From contig OZ242374.1 of the NCBI GenBank assembly GCA_965209055.1, positions 2,624,001 through 2,688,000 on the forward strand: a DNA stretch of 64,000 nucleotides, read 5' to 3'. The position numbers were made by a program, and so were the translations under genes. Positions 40,241 to 50,685 of this stretch are shown in pieces. Position 1 is the first letter of the stretch; every line of letters begins with the position of its first letter. The stretch comes from Acidobacteriota bacterium (GTDB lineage: Bacteria > Acidobacteriota > UBA6911 > RPQK01 > JAJDTT01). A model generated the notes under the pieces. The model saw nothing but the letters and a program-made list of their open reading frames with translations, was not told where the DNA came from and made no database searches.

Positions 40241-41569
40241 GTGATGGAGAAACAACCCCTTCAAACCGGGTCCGGCGCCGGTCGTGGACATCCGGATCGA
40301 AGCGTCGTCATCCACAGTCACCTCCTGGCGGACGGCGTTTCCGGCAGCTCCCGGAGGGGCCGGGCGCTGCTGTTGCGTGAGGGCCGCATCCAAGCCGTAG
40401 GCGCCAGGGAAGAAATCCTGAAGTCGGCGCCACCGGAGACGTCCGTCATCGACCTGGGACGCGCGTGCCTGGCTCCCGGGCTGATCGACAGCCACACGCA
40501 TCTGAGCCTGGCGGGCGACGGCCGCCACTATGCGGATATGTTCTCCGACTCCGACGAGATGATGGTGCTCACAGGCGCCATGAACATGAAAAAGCACCTG
40601 GACGCGGGAATCACCACCATCCGGGAGCACGGCGCCCGAAACCGGGTCGGATTCACTCTCAAGTCGGGACTCGCGCGCGGCTATATCCCGGGTCCCAGGA
40701 TGCTGGTCAGCGGGCGCCCCATCACCTGCACCGGCGGTCATTTCCATATGTGCAACGAGGTGGCCGACGGAGAGGCGGAGATCCGCAGGTCGGTCCGCCG
40801 GTTGGTCCACGAGGGCGCGGACTACATCAAGATCATGGCCTCCGGCGGCGGGACGGTGGGAACCATTCCGGGAGTGGCCACCTATACCGTCGAGGAACTC
40901 CACGCCGCCGCCCACGAGGCCCACCATTTCCATCGGCTGACGGCGGCCCACTGCCGGGCCAAGGAGTCCATGCGCCGGGCCGTGGAGGCGGGCATCGACC
41001 TGATGGAGCACGCCGAGTTCCTGGACCCGGACGACAGAATGCGGTTCGATCCCAAGATCGCCGAGATGATGGCGGAATCGGGCATCTGGATCAGCCCGAC
41101 CCTGCAGACCTGGTGCAATTACCCCCGGGTTCTGGAGCTGAGGCGGAAGCGGGATTCGGGTGCGGCCGCGCCCGGGGAGGAGAGCGAACTGGATCGTCTC
41201 GAGGAGCGAATGGAGCGGCGCCTGGAGGTCATGCGCCGCATGCTGGACTACTGTCTGCGCGAGCGCATCGTTCCCGGGACCGATTCGGGAGTCTTCAACA
41301 TCGCCTTCGGACACCTGGACTACGATCTGCAGATTCTCCACAAGGTCGGATTCACCCCTTCCGAGTGCCTGGCTTCCGCCACTCGAATCTCGGCCGAGGC
41401 CATCGGGCTTCAGGACGAGATCGGCACCATCGAACCGGGAAAACGGGCCGACCTGGTGGCCCTGGATGGTGACCCCAATCAGGACGCGACCGCATTCAGC
41501 CGGGTCGTGGCCGTCTTCCAGGCCGGAAGGCGGGTCTGGATCGGAGGGAAGGACGCTTCCTCTGCATGA
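40241..41569 (+). CDS. Metal-dependent amidohydrolase (Xaa-Pro dipeptidase-like group)
   Basis: PGLIDSHTH, IKIMASGG, AAH, MEH, GTD, GKRADLV. Confidence 0.85.
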   Translation: MMEKQPLQTGSGAGRGHPDRSVVIHSHLLADGVSGSSRRGRALLLREGRIQAVGAREEILKSAPPETSVIDLGRACLAPGLIDSHTHLSLAGDGRHYADMFSDSDEMMVLTGAMNMKKHLDAGITTIREHGARNRVGFTLKSGLARGYIPGPRMLVSGRPITCTGGHFHMCNEVADGEAEIRRSVRRLVHEGADYIKIMASGGGTVGTIPGVATYTVEELHAAAHEAHHFHRLTAAHCRAKESMRRAVEAGIDLMEHAEFLDPDDRMRFDPKIAEMMAESGIWISPTLQTWCNYPRVLELRRKRDSGAAAPGEESELDRLEERMERRLEVMRRMLDYCLRERIVPGTDSGVFNIAFGHLDYDLQILHKVGFTPSECLASATRISAEAIGLQDEIGTIEPGKRADLVALDGDPNQDATAFSRVVAVFQAGRRVWIGGKDASSA

Positions 41570-41895
41570 CGGCCCGAAAAGCATCCGGCGCCTGGCAGGG
41601 GGTCTACGCGCTGGTCCGGAGGATTCCGGAGGGCAAGGTCATGAACTACGGGCAGATCGCCCGCCTGCAGGAGCAGCCCCTGTCGGCGCGCGCCGTTGGC
41701 TGGGCCATGCACTCCTGCCCTCCCGGCATCCCCTGGCATCGGGTAGTCAGCGCCACGGGCGAGTGCTCCACCGATCGGCTCGATTCCCATCCTCAGGGAC
41801 TCCAAAGGGCTTTGCTGGAAGCCGAGGGTGTCCGCTTCGGGTCCTCGGGCCGGGTGGATATGAAACGTTGCCGGTGGAACCCGGAAGAGGGATGA
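41566..41895 (+). CDS. Alkyltransferase-like protein (ATL/YbaZ)
   Basis: IPEGKVMNYGQIA, ARAVG, PWHRV (Trp at the MGMT Cys position). Confidence 0.88.
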   Translation: MTARKASGAWQGVYALVRRIPEGKVMNYGQIARLQEQPLSARAVGWAMHSCPPGIPWHRVVSATGECSTDRLDSHPQGLQRALLEAEGVRFGSSGRVDMKRCRWNPEEG

Positions 41896-41927
41896 ATTTG
41901 ACCTGTGCCATGGATTCCCGTGTTGGC

Positions 41928-43049
41928 TCAGACCCGGACCCGTGCCCAGTGGACGCTGAGGCGGCGTTCGTTCTCGCCGGCGTAGTAGGCGAGCAGAAGC
42001 AGATCGTCTTCCAACAGGACCGCTGCAGGGTGCCCGAAGGTCCACTTCACCATGTCGTCCCAGAACCCGCTCAGATCCTCCCGATCGCCCATACCCCGCT
42101 CTTTGGGCCCTCCTGAGGCGTAGACGATCATCTCCTCCGACAGATCCCAGGTCCTGCCCCCATCCCGCGACAGCACCAACCGCAGGCTGGCCGGAGGGTG
42201 GCGGTGAACGTAGAAGAGCCCCAGCCGGCCGTCGGGCAACGGCACCGGGACGGCGATCTGCCCCCGGATCCCCGAGGAGAAAGGGGGCTCCCAAGTCAGA
42301 GTCTCCGGGTCTCCCCACGACAAGTGGATCTCCAGGTCCCTCCGTGAGAGGCGGTCGTAGGTCCAGAAGGCGGCCACCGGACTTCCCGTCCGCGGGCAGA
42401 CGGCCTGGCGCTGGTCGTAGAAGAAGAGGCGGTCCGACGGATCTCTGGCCACGTCGATGACCTGATTGAAGATCCCCTCCTCCTCCGCCAGCAGGGCATG
42501 AGCCGAGTGGAGGCTCGGCCCTCCCGGCACTTCCGGTTCCTGCCGTTCGAACGGCACCACCCAACCGCGGCCCGGAACCCGGATCGGGCTTCCGCCAAGC
42601 ACCGGAAAGTTCCACGGCGACGTGTCGAGGACCTCGTATCCGGACCAGGTCGCGCCTCCATCCGTGGAGCGCGCCCGGATGATGCGGCACGGCGCCACGT
42701 GATCTCCCTCGCTGTCGTACAAGGGCCGCACGCCCGACCGGTGAAGCCAGGTGAGAAATGCCAGCAGGGTGCCGTCGGATAGAGGAATGATCTCCGCCGA
42801 CCGCACCTCTCCCGGGACGCCCGTAAAACCGGGACGAAAGCTGTCGGAGACGATCTGCCAATGTCGGCCTCCGTCGGCACTGGAGGCGATCAGGCAGTTG
42901 CCGTCCGCCGACTCCTTGTCGCTTCCGCGGCGGAAGGTGGCCAGCACTCGTCCGGTCGGCAGCCGGCAGAGGGAGGTGAAGCAATGGGACCTCTTGCCTC
43001 CCACCAAATTCTCGGCATCGACGATGGTGCCCCTCTCCACGATTTCCAT
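41928..43049 (-). CDS. Sialidase/BNR-repeat protein
   Basis: Asp boxes SADGGRHW, STDGGATW, SRDGGRTW; start MEIVERG at 43049. Confidence 0.8.
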   Translation of the reverse strand: MEIVERGTIVDAENLVGGKRSHCFTSLCRLPTGRVLATFRRGSDKESADGNCLIASSADGGRHWQIVSDSFRPGFTGVPGEVRSAEIIPLSDGTLLAFLTWLHRSGVRPLYDSEGDHVAPCRIIRARSTDGGATWSGYEVLDTSPWNFPVLGGSPIRVPGRGWVVPFERQEPEVPGGPSLHSAHALLAEEEGIFNQVIDVARDPSDRLFFYDQRQAVCPRTGSPVAAFWTYDRLSRRDLEIHLSWGDPETLTWEPPFSSGIRGQIAVPVPLPDGRLGLFYVHRHPPASLRLVLSRDGGRTWDLSEEMIVYASGGPKERGMGDREDLSGFWDDMVKWTFGHPAAVLLEDDLLLLAYYAGENERRLSVHWARVRV

Positions 43050-43066
43050 GGCGGTCTCCGTGCTCC

Positions 43067-44260
43067 CTACCCGGCGACGCGGTAGATTCGCGCCGCATTC
43101 CCTCCCAGGACCAGACTGCGGTCCTCGTCGGTCATGAACTCGGTGTGGTGGCGGATGGTGTCGATGCACTGCTTGTAGGTGCAGGCTCGCCCCGCCCAGG
43201 GCATGTCGGCTCCCCAGACCATCACCCGGGCCCCGAAGCGCTCGTAGATTCTCCGGATCATCTCCTTGTGCCGCGGGTAGGGGAATTCCGAATCTCTCGC
43301 TCCCCAGACCGCCTCGTTCTCCCAGGCCAGGACGTAGCCGAACTCCAGGTGGAAGTTGCCCAGCTTGAAGAGCTCGAAGAACTCGGTCGGGTTGTCCACG
43401 TGGTTGGGGTCGGAGGGCGGCAGCACGTTGCTGCCCTGGTGAGCGTTCACCACCTGCAGTTCCGGGAACCGGCGACAGACGTTTTCGATCTCTCCGATCT
43501 CCCGGAGGTAGTCCGCCTTGGAGTTGAAGCCGGTGTCCAGAAAGACCGGGATCTTCAAGCGGACGCAGGCCTTCCAGAGGGCGTCGGCGCGGGAGTCGTC
43601 CCGGGGCTGCCCCTTGGGCATGTGGGAGCAGAGTCCACGATATCCGAGCTCTTCGACGGCTCGTTTCAGGGTTTCCAACTCGCCCGCCAAATGCCGGTCG
43701 TCCTTGGTCAGGTCGTAGTCGATGTCGGTGGTACCGATGAAACGGTCGGGCCAGCGGCGAATGCAATCGGCGTAGTAGACTTCCCGACCCCACACCTTGG
43801 CCATGTATCCGGTCTGGATCACTCCCATGTCCACGCCCACGATGTCCATGTGGGCCAACATCTGCTCGGGCTCATGGATGGGGTCGGTCATGGTCTGGGG
43901 CCCGCGGCGGATCCAGCAGTCCTCACCATGTTTCCGCCATCTCCAGATGCCGTATTTTCCCTGTGTGAACCCGACCTCCTCGTCCGGTTCCGGGATGTAC
44001 TTGGGATCGGTGTGGCTGGCGACGAACCTCCCCCAGAGGCTCCGGACGGCGCCCTGCATGATGCGACTGTGTGTATTCGGGTCGTCGTATCCCAGGGCTC
44101 CGGTCTGGTCGGGAAAGACGTGCAGGTGATGGTCGATGACCAGGGAGCGCCTGGGGGTTTCGGGGGAGCAACCCGAGGCCGTCCAGCTTCCGGCGAGACC
44201 GGGGACCGCCAGAGCGGCCGATCCGGTCAGAAAACGGCGTCGATCCAGGTCCTGATTCAT
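43067..44260 (-). CDS. Tat-exported amidohydrolase_2 family protein
   Basis: DRRRFL twin-arginine signal, IDHHLH, WGADMP, LGGNAARIY. Confidence 0.8.
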   Translation of the reverse strand: MNQDLDRRRFLTGSAALAVPGLAGSWTASGCSPETPRRSLVIDHHLHVFPDQTGALGYDDPNTHSRIMQGAVRSLWGRFVASHTDPKYIPEPDEEVGFTQGKYGIWRWRKHGEDCWIRRGPQTMTDPIHEPEQMLAHMDIVGVDMGVIQTGYMAKVWGREVYYADCIRRWPDRFIGTTDIDYDLTKDDRHLAGELETLKRAVEELGYRGLCSHMPKGQPRDDSRADALWKACVRLKIPVFLDTGFNSKADYLREIGEIENVCRRFPELQVVNAHQGSNVLPPSDPNHVDNPTEFFELFKLGNFHLEFGYVLAWENEAVWGARDSEFPYPRHKEMIRRIYERFGARVMVWGADMPWAGRACTYKQCIDTIRHHTEFMTDEDRSLVLGGNAARIYRVAG

Positions 44261-44387
44261 GGCAGCGGTTCCTCTTGGTTCTTCAGTTTCAGATATCTTG
44301 TGCCCTCGCGGAACGTGACCTATCATGATGGACGGTCGGCCGCAAGCGAGCGTGCCGGGACTCCGAGACGCCAACGGGAGGGAATCC

Positions 44388-45491
44388 ATGGACGCCATCG
44401 ACTACGGCATTTTCATCATGCCCTTTCACCCCGCGGACAAGCCTCGGGCGCAATGCCATGAAGAAGATTTGGAGCTGATCGTTCGGGCCGAGGACCTCGG
44501 GTTCAGCGAGTTCTGGATCGGTGAGCATCACACCATGAAATACGAGAACATCGTGATGCCCGAGATCTTCATCGCCCGGGCCTTGGGGGAGACCAGCCGG
44601 ATTCGGCTGGGCCCGGCTCCGGTCTGTCTCAACCAGCACCATCCGGCCCACGTGGCCTGCCGGCTGGCATTTCTGGATGACCTTTCCAAGGGGCGGCTCA
44701 ATCTCTGCTTCGGCCCGGGCAGCGTGCCGGCGGATCAGATATTGTACGGCGCGGAGCCCAAGAACGCCGCGAAGATGGCGGCCGAAGCCACCGACATCAT
44801 CTTGAAGCTCTGGGAATCGGATCCTCCGTATGAGTACGACGGGGAATTCTGGTCCATCCGCCTCGACGATCACGTCGACGAGGAGACGGGAGTCGGCTTC
44901 ATTCCCAAGCCGTTCCAGCGGCCTCATCCCCCCATCGCGGCGCCGGGCACGAGCCGCAATTCGGGGACCATGAAGGCAGCGGGAAAAAGAGGATTTCAGC
45001 CCTTCGGACATTGCCTGGTGACGTCCAACGTACTGCGGGATTTATGGGAGACCTACGAAGAAGCCGCTCTGGAGGCAGGGCGCACGCCGGACCGGAAGGA
45101 CTTCAAGATCGCGCGATCCATCTTCCTGGCCGACAGCACCAAGGAGGCGCGCGCGCGCGCCCGGACCAATTCGGTAGCCGCCAACTACGAATACATCGGC
45201 GGACTCCTGGACAAGGGACCGGGACGCGCGATGTACAAGCGGGACCTCGACATGAGCGACGCCGATTGCAATCTGGATTTTCTCATGACCGAGCAGATTA
45301 TCGCCGGAGACGTGGACGAAGTGCTGCGCCGCCTGTTGCTCATGGTGGAGGAGACCGGTTCCTTCGGCACCCTGATCCTCATGTGCTACGACTGGGACGA
45401 CAAGGCAAGTTGGCTCCGCAACCTGGAGCTTTTCGCCAAGGAGCTCATGCCTCGGTTGAACCGGGCGGTCGGCGCGCCAGCAGTTGCCTGA
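44388..45491 (+). CDS. Luciferase-like (LLM) flavin-dependent monooxygenase
   Basis: FIMPFHP, WIGEHH, HHPAHVA, PFQRPHPP. Confidence 0.88.
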   Translation: MDAIDYGIFIMPFHPADKPRAQCHEEDLELIVRAEDLGFSEFWIGEHHTMKYENIVMPEIFIARALGETSRIRLGPAPVCLNQHHPAHVACRLAFLDDLSKGRLNLCFGPGSVPADQILYGAEPKNAAKMAAEATDIILKLWESDPPYEYDGEFWSIRLDDHVDEETGVGFIPKPFQRPHPPIAAPGTSRNSGTMKAAGKRGFQPFGHCLVTSNVLRDLWETYEEAALEAGRTPDRKDFKIARSIFLADSTKEARARARTNSVAANYEYIGGLLDKGPGRAMYKRDLDMSDADCNLDFLMTEQIIAGDVDEVLRRLLLMVEETGSFGTLILMCYDWDDKASWLRNLELFAKELMPRLNRAVGAPAVA

Positions 45492-45536
45492 GCGCCTGAA
45501 TGAGCCCGCCGGGCCTGATCCAAAACCCCTGAAACA

Positions 45537-46715
45537 ATGAAGCTGAATCAGGACGTCATCGATCGTGTGAACCGGGCCGTCCGCCCGGACCGGCTGACGG
45601 AATTGGCTGTCGACCTCATCCGGATCCCCAGCCCTACCCAGCACGCCGCCGCGGTAGCGGACCGTTTGGCGGAGGTTCTGGCGGCCGAAGGTTTCGAAGT
45701 CGGCCGGCCGGAGGCCGCATGGCCCCGGTCCCCGGCCGTGGTCACCCGGTACGAATCGGGGGTTGCGGGACGAACCCTCCAGTTCAACGGCCACCTGGAT
45801 ACGGTGCATCTTCCCTTCGTTCCTCCCCGCATCGAGGACGGAATCCTCTACGGGAGCGGGGCCTCCGACATGAAAGCCGGCGTAGCCGCCATGTGCGAGG
45901 CTCTGCTGGCGGTTCGGGATTCGCACGTCTTGGAGGCCGGAGGAATCCTGCTCACGGCTCACGACCTGCACGAGGCTCCATGGGGCCGGGGCCAGCAGTT
46001 GACGGCGCTGATCGATGAGGGGTATGTGGGAGACGCCGCGCTGTTGCCGGAATACCTCTCCAATATTCTCCCGGTCGTGGGCCGGGGCATGGCCAACGTC
46101 GAGGTGACCCTCAGCCGGGAGGGAACCCCGGTGCATGAGGTTCTGGGGGGCTTGGGGCAGCCTCGGGTCATCGTCGCCGGCGCGGACCTGGTGAACCGGC
46201 TCGAGACCCTCGACCGGAGCTTGACCGGCAGGACGCATCCCCTGGCCGGGCGGGAGAGCGTCTTCGTCGGCAAGGTCGCGGGGGGAGAGATCTACAACCA
46301 GTCGCCCACCGAGTTTCGGCTCGCCGGCACCTGCAGGTGGTTGCCGGGGACGGCCGTTGACCAGGTTCGAAAACGGTTTCTGGAGGCCGTCGACGGGATG
46401 GAGACACCGTCCGGAATCCAGGTTGATGCCCGGTTTCACTACCGGCGGGACGCCTTCGAGATGGACCTGGAGCATCCCCTGGTCGGCGCGTTCGAGGATT
46501 CCTGCCGGGCAGTCATGGGCCGAACATTGCCGCATGGCGCCAAGCCCTTCATCGACGACGGCAATACCCTGGGGGAGCTGGCCGGTATCGAGACCATCAC
46601 CCACGGTCCGCGGGCCACGGGGGCTCACACGACGGGGGAGCAGGTTCCGGTGGATGACCTGATCCGGGTGGCCAAAGTCTACGCCTGCGCCGCGGTTGCG
46701 TTCTGCGCCGGGTAG
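45537..46715 (+). CDS. M20 family metallo-amidohydrolase (ArgE/DapE-like)
   Basis: NGHLDTV, GASDMKAG, LHE, GAHT..E. Confidence 0.85.
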   Translation: MKLNQDVIDRVNRAVRPDRLTELAVDLIRIPSPTQHAAAVADRLAEVLAAEGFEVGRPEAAWPRSPAVVTRYESGVAGRTLQFNGHLDTVHLPFVPPRIEDGILYGSGASDMKAGVAAMCEALLAVRDSHVLEAGGILLTAHDLHEAPWGRGQQLTALIDEGYVGDAALLPEYLSNILPVVGRGMANVEVTLSREGTPVHEVLGGLGQPRVIVAGADLVNRLETLDRSLTGRTHPLAGRESVFVGKVAGGEIYNQSPTEFRLAGTCRWLPGTAVDQVRKRFLEAVDGMETPSGIQVDARFHYRRDAFEMDLEHPLVGAFEDSCRAVMGRTLPHGAKPFIDDGNTLGELAGIETITHGPRATGAHTTGEQVPVDDLIRVAKVYACAAVAFCAG

Positions 46716-46748
46716 GAGCGGCGGTTTTCTAACCGCCGTATTCGAAAT

Positions 46749-46787
46749 GAGGAACGGGCGACGGGAAGTCGCCCCTCCTTTTTCTTT
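46749..46787 (+). terminator. Putative intrinsic terminator
   Basis: GGGCGAC-GGGAA-GTCGCCC hairpin followed by a T-rich tract. Confidence 0.55.
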
Positions 46788-46805
46788 GATAGAAGAGAGG
46801 CAAGT

Positions 46806-48236
46806 GTGAAAGACAAAGAATCGTACGCATCGCGGGGGTCACAGGAGCCGGAAGTGGCGGCCCGGACCGAATCCATTCCTCCAGAAAGGACGGGAGAGGA
46901 GCAGTTCCTGCGGCAAATCCTGGTGCGGGCTCAGATGAGCGAGTTTGCCGAGGATCCTTTCATCATGTCCCGGGCCAACGGTGTCCATTACTGGGACGTT
47001 CACGGCAAGCGGTATCTGGACGGGATCTCGGGAATCTACGTGGTATCCGTGGGACACTCCAATCCGCGGGTCACGGACGCGATACGCCGCCAGATGGAGG
47101 TGTTGCATTTCTCCCCCACCATGCACGGCAGCAACACTCTCGCCGTCGAGCTGGCCAATCGCCTGGTGGCCGTCGCTCCGGGAGACCTGGAAGCGGTGAA
47201 GTTTTTGAGCGGAGGATCGGAGGCGACCGAAGCGGCCATCACCATGGCTCGCCAGTACCATCGTCTGTCCGGAAACCCGGGCAAGTACAAGATCATCTCC
47301 CGCTACCAATCCTGGCATGGCTCGACTATGGGGTCACTTTCCGCATCGGGACTGACCAGCCGGCGGACCATGAGAGAACCATTGGCCCCGGGGTTCATCC
47401 ACGTCTTTCCCCCCACCTGTTACCGCTGTCCCTTCGGCATGGAGTACCGTGATTGTGGAACTCTATGCGCCAAATTGGTCGGCGACGTGATCGAGAATGA
47501 AGGTCCTGAGACCGTCGCTGCCGTCATCGTGGAGCCCATCGGCCACACCGGGGGCATTATTGAACCGACTGAGGACTACCTGCCCCTGTTGCGGGAAATC
47601 TGCGACCGTCACAACGTCCTTCTCATCTTCGACGAGATCATCACGGGGATGGGTCGAACCGGTCAGATGTTCGCCGCAGATACCTTCGGCGTAGTCCCCG
47701 ATCTCTTATGTGTGGGGAAGGGACTGTCTGGCGGCTACTCTCCATTGTCGGCGCTGCTCTGCCGCCGGCACATCGCCGATACTTTCTGGGGAGACCCGGC
47801 CACAAATCCCGGCTTCGTTGCCGGTCATACGTTCGAGGGGAACCCCATTTCATGCGTGGCCGGATTGGCGACTCTGGCGGAGATCGTAGACCGGGACCTC
47901 TGTGCCAATGCCCGGGAAGTGGGGGACCATCTCCGGCGCGGATTGGAGGGGCTCCGGCGACACGGCATCATCGGCGACATCCGGGGGCGAGGACTCTTCC
48001 TGGGGATTGAGTTCGTCCGGAATCCGGCAACCAAGGAACCCTTCTCCGACCGGATTTCCATCGGGAAGCGTATCGGCAAGAGAGCCCTGGAACATGGTTT
48101 GCTGACCCGGTTCGATCCCAACTGGATCGCACTGGGGCCGCCGCTCATTCTGACTTCCGCGGAGGCCGACCAGATCGTGGCGATCCTGGATCGAAGTATT
48201 GGAGAAATCCTCGACGAGTTGGAGGAGACACAGTGA
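46806..48236 (+). CDS. Class III PLP aminotransferase
   Basis: SGGSEATE, WHGST, FDEIITGMGRTG, GKGLSGG, GHTF. Confidence 0.9.
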   Translation: MKDKESYASRGSQEPEVAARTESIPPERTGEEQFLRQILVRAQMSEFAEDPFIMSRANGVHYWDVHGKRYLDGISGIYVVSVGHSNPRVTDAIRRQMEVLHFSPTMHGSNTLAVELANRLVAVAPGDLEAVKFLSGGSEATEAAITMARQYHRLSGNPGKYKIISRYQSWHGSTMGSLSASGLTSRRTMREPLAPGFIHVFPPTCYRCPFGMEYRDCGTLCAKLVGDVIENEGPETVAAVIVEPIGHTGGIIEPTEDYLPLLREICDRHNVLLIFDEIITGMGRTGQMFAADTFGVVPDLLCVGKGLSGGYSPLSALLCRRHIADTFWGDPATNPGFVAGHTFEGNPISCVAGLATLAEIVDRDLCANAREVGDHLRRGLEGLRRHGIIGDIRGRGLFLGIEFVRNPATKEPFSDRISIGKRIGKRALEHGLLTRFDPNWIALGPPLILTSAEADQIVAILDRSIGEILDELEETQ

Positions 48237-49408
48237 CGGACGGAGCCAAAAGCTACGATCTGCTCCTGAAGGGCGGGACCGTGATCGACCCGGCCAATGG
48301 CCGGCGAGGCCTCTTGGACGTGGCGGTGAAGGAGGGGCGGGTGGCGGCCGTGGCCCGCGACCTTCCGGTCCACGGTTCGGCCGAGGTGCTGGACGCGTCC
48401 GGCCTCCTGGTCGTGCCTGGCCTCATCGACCTGCACACGCACGTCTACGAAGGCGTCTCCTTCCTGGGGATCGAGGCGGACGAACTCTGTCCCCGCACCG
48501 GGGTCACCACCGTCGTCGATACCGGGTCCGCCGGCTGGATCAACTACAAGGGTCTGGAACGGTATGTGATTGAGCCCTCCGAGACTCGGATCTTCGGTTA
48601 CGTGAACCTCTCCGGTGTGGGTCTCCCCTCGCGCCGGGGGGAACTGGTTCACCATGACTATCTGGACGCCGGCGAGTGCGCCGAGTGCGTCCTTCGCCAT
48701 CCCGAGACGGCCCTGGGCGTCAAGGTCCGTCTCTACGAGGGAGTGGCCGGAACCATGGACCTCCGGGACGTCCTCAAGGCTTCCCTGGACGCGGCGAAGG
48801 AATGCGGCAAGCCGCTCATGATTCACATCAGCGGGTCGGACGTGACGTTGGAGGACCTGCTTCCGCCCCTTCGAACCGGCGACGTGGTGACCCACTGTTG
48901 CCACGGGATCGGGGCCGCGTCGATCCTGGACGGGGAGGGGCGAATCCTCCCCGTGGTCCGGGACGCCCGGGAGCGCGGGATCCTGTTCGACGTGGGCCAC
49001 GGCGTGGGCAGCTTCGCCTTCCGCATCGCCCGCCGGGCGGTGGCCGAGGGGTTCCTGCCGGACACTATCAGCACCGACATCCACACCCTGTGCATCAACT
49101 ACCCCGTCTACGACCTCCCCACCACCCTGTCCAAGTTTCTGGGCCTGGGCCTCTCACTGGAGGAGGTGATCGAACGGGCCACCATCGAACCGGCCCGGAT
49201 CATCGGCATCGACTCCCATCTGGGACACCTGAGCGTGGGCGCCACTGCCGACATCGCGGTGCTGGAGTTGGAGGAGGGCCGGTTCTCCTTCTTCGACGTG
49301 GAGCACGAGAAGATGGTCGGGCCGGAGAGGCTGGTCTGCAGGGCCACCATCAAGGACGGAAAGGTCTGGTGGCGCGCCGGTGAGGACGATCAGACGGCAG
49401 AAGGGTGA
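48233..49408 (+). CDS. Dihydroorotase-like amidohydrolase/deacetylase
   Basis: PGLIDLHTH, VDTGSAG, GVKVR, DVGHG.GSF, ISTDIH. Confidence 0.85.
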   Translation: MTDGAKSYDLLLKGGTVIDPANGRRGLLDVAVKEGRVAAVARDLPVHGSAEVLDASGLLVVPGLIDLHTHVYEGVSFLGIEADELCPRTGVTTVVDTGSAGWINYKGLERYVIEPSETRIFGYVNLSGVGLPSRRGELVHHDYLDAGECAECVLRHPETALGVKVRLYEGVAGTMDLRDVLKASLDAAKECGKPLMIHISGSDVTLEDLLPPLRTGDVVTHCCHGIGAASILDGEGRILPVVRDARERGILFDVGHGVGSFAFRIARRAVAEGFLPDTISTDIHTLCINYPVYDLPTTLSKFLGLGLSLEEVIERATIEPARIIGIDSHLGHLSVGATADIAVLELEEGRFSFFDVEHEKMVGPERLVCRATIKDGKVWWRAGEDDQTAEG

Positions 49409-49417
49409 CCTCCCGCT

Positions 49418-50341
49418 TCAAAGAACCCCCAACCCATTGAGATGATCCCGTAGTCTCTCCATCTCCCGGTCGGTCAGGGAATAGTGGGGTTTGCGCCTCC
49501 ACCGGCCGGCGATGCCGTAGATCTCCAGCATGCCGTGCAGTCCCGCGTCGAACCCGCCCTGCAGTTTCGCCAGATAGTCGAACAGCGGCATGTCGCACGT
49601 CTCGATCACCTCTCTGGCCTGAGCCAGGTTCCCCTCCTGAATGGCGGACCAGTAGCGGCGGGCGATCCGGGGACGGAAGCCGATGTAGGTCGACATGTAT
49701 CCGTCGCAGCCGTAAGGGTGCAGATCCAGATGATTCTGCTTGTGGCCGCCGGAGAACACGGCCCAATGCTCGTGCACCAGCAGGCACATGCGCCGTGCGA
49801 ACTGCCCGAGGAAGTCATTCTTGATGGCCACGATCCCCGCGACTCTCTCCACCAGGACCTTCAGGGTCTCGAGCCCGAAGTCGCTCCCCCGGGGGATAAA
49901 GAGATTGGTCACCAACATCACCGGGATCTCCCGGGCCACGGCGCCGTAGTGTTCCACCAGGGTCCGGGTGGTGCAGGAACCGGCCCAGTCGGGCGGGAGC
50001 ACCATCAGGACGTCGGCGCCCACCCCGCGGACATGGCGGGCGAATTCCACCGCACGGCTCGTGGAGTGACGGCGGTCCGCGGCGACCACCAGCGCGCGTC
50101 CGGCGGTCTGCTCGACGGTAACGCGCGTGACCTCAGCGATCTCGGAGTCGCTCAGGATGTGGAAGTGACTGTCCCCTGCCGTCAGGAGCGCGGTGCCGGC
50201 CCCGTTTTGGATATTGCGCTCGATGTGGTTCCTGAGACCGTTGTAATCCACACCGCCATCCCTGTTGAAGGGAGTGCGGATTGATCCGAAAGGCCCCGTC
50301 AGCGCCGCCCGGATCTCCTGCCGAATCAGCTTTGGCTTCAT
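49418..50341 (-). CDS. DapA/DHDPS-superfamily aldolase-like protein
   Basis: TPFNRDGGVD, GADVLMVLPP, Schiff-base-like AIKND. Confidence 0.8.
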   Translation of the reverse strand: MKPKLIRQEIRAALTGPFGSIRTPFNRDGGVDYNGLRNHIERNIQNGAGTALLTAGDSHFHILSDSEIAEVTRVTVEQTAGRALVVAADRRHSTSRAVEFARHVRGVGADVLMVLPPDWAGSCTTRTLVEHYGAVAREIPVMLVTNLFIPRGSDFGLETLKVLVERVAGIVAIKNDFLGQFARRMCLLVHEHWAVFSGGHKQNHLDLHPYGCDGYMSTYIGFRPRIARRYWSAIQEGNLAQAREVIETCDMPLFDYLAKLQGGFDAGLHGMLEIYGIAGRWRRKPHYSLTDREMERLRDHLNGLGVL

Positions 50342-50449
50342 TACAGCGTCTCCTATTCTGAGGCCGGGTCAGTAGCCGGCGTGCTTGTGGACCAGTCCTT
50401 CCAGCCGTTCTGCCCGGCGAAATCGTCTCAGATTCCCAAAGATCAGGTC

Positions 50450-50590
50450 CAGCCCACTTGGCGCAGACAGCCGAAAGAAAAGGGACAGCCCACTTGGCGG
50501 AAAGCAGCCGAAAGAAAAGGGACAGCCCACTTGGCGAACGCACTCGCGGAACGGAACGGATACGGAACGGAAAAGGGACAGTCTCTATTT
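50450..50590 (+). repeat. Tandem repeats upstream of RAYT (37-bp period)
   Basis: CAGCCGAAAGAAAAGGGACAGCCCACTTGGCG at 50468-50499 and 50505-50536, partial copy 50450-50463, AAAAGGGACAG again at 50571. Confidence 0.9.
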
Positions 50591-50685
50591 CGGTTCGTCC
50601 TTCCCGGTTCTGGATCGTTGTTGTCATCAGGGGCGCGAATCGCCTCCACTGGGAGTCCGATCCCGAAACCCGGAGGACCACGACC

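Noticed and set aside
50450-50590. Possible CRISPR array (32-bp repeats)
   Set aside because: Only two full copies separated by 5 nt, no spacer-length unique sequence and no cas genes in the window.
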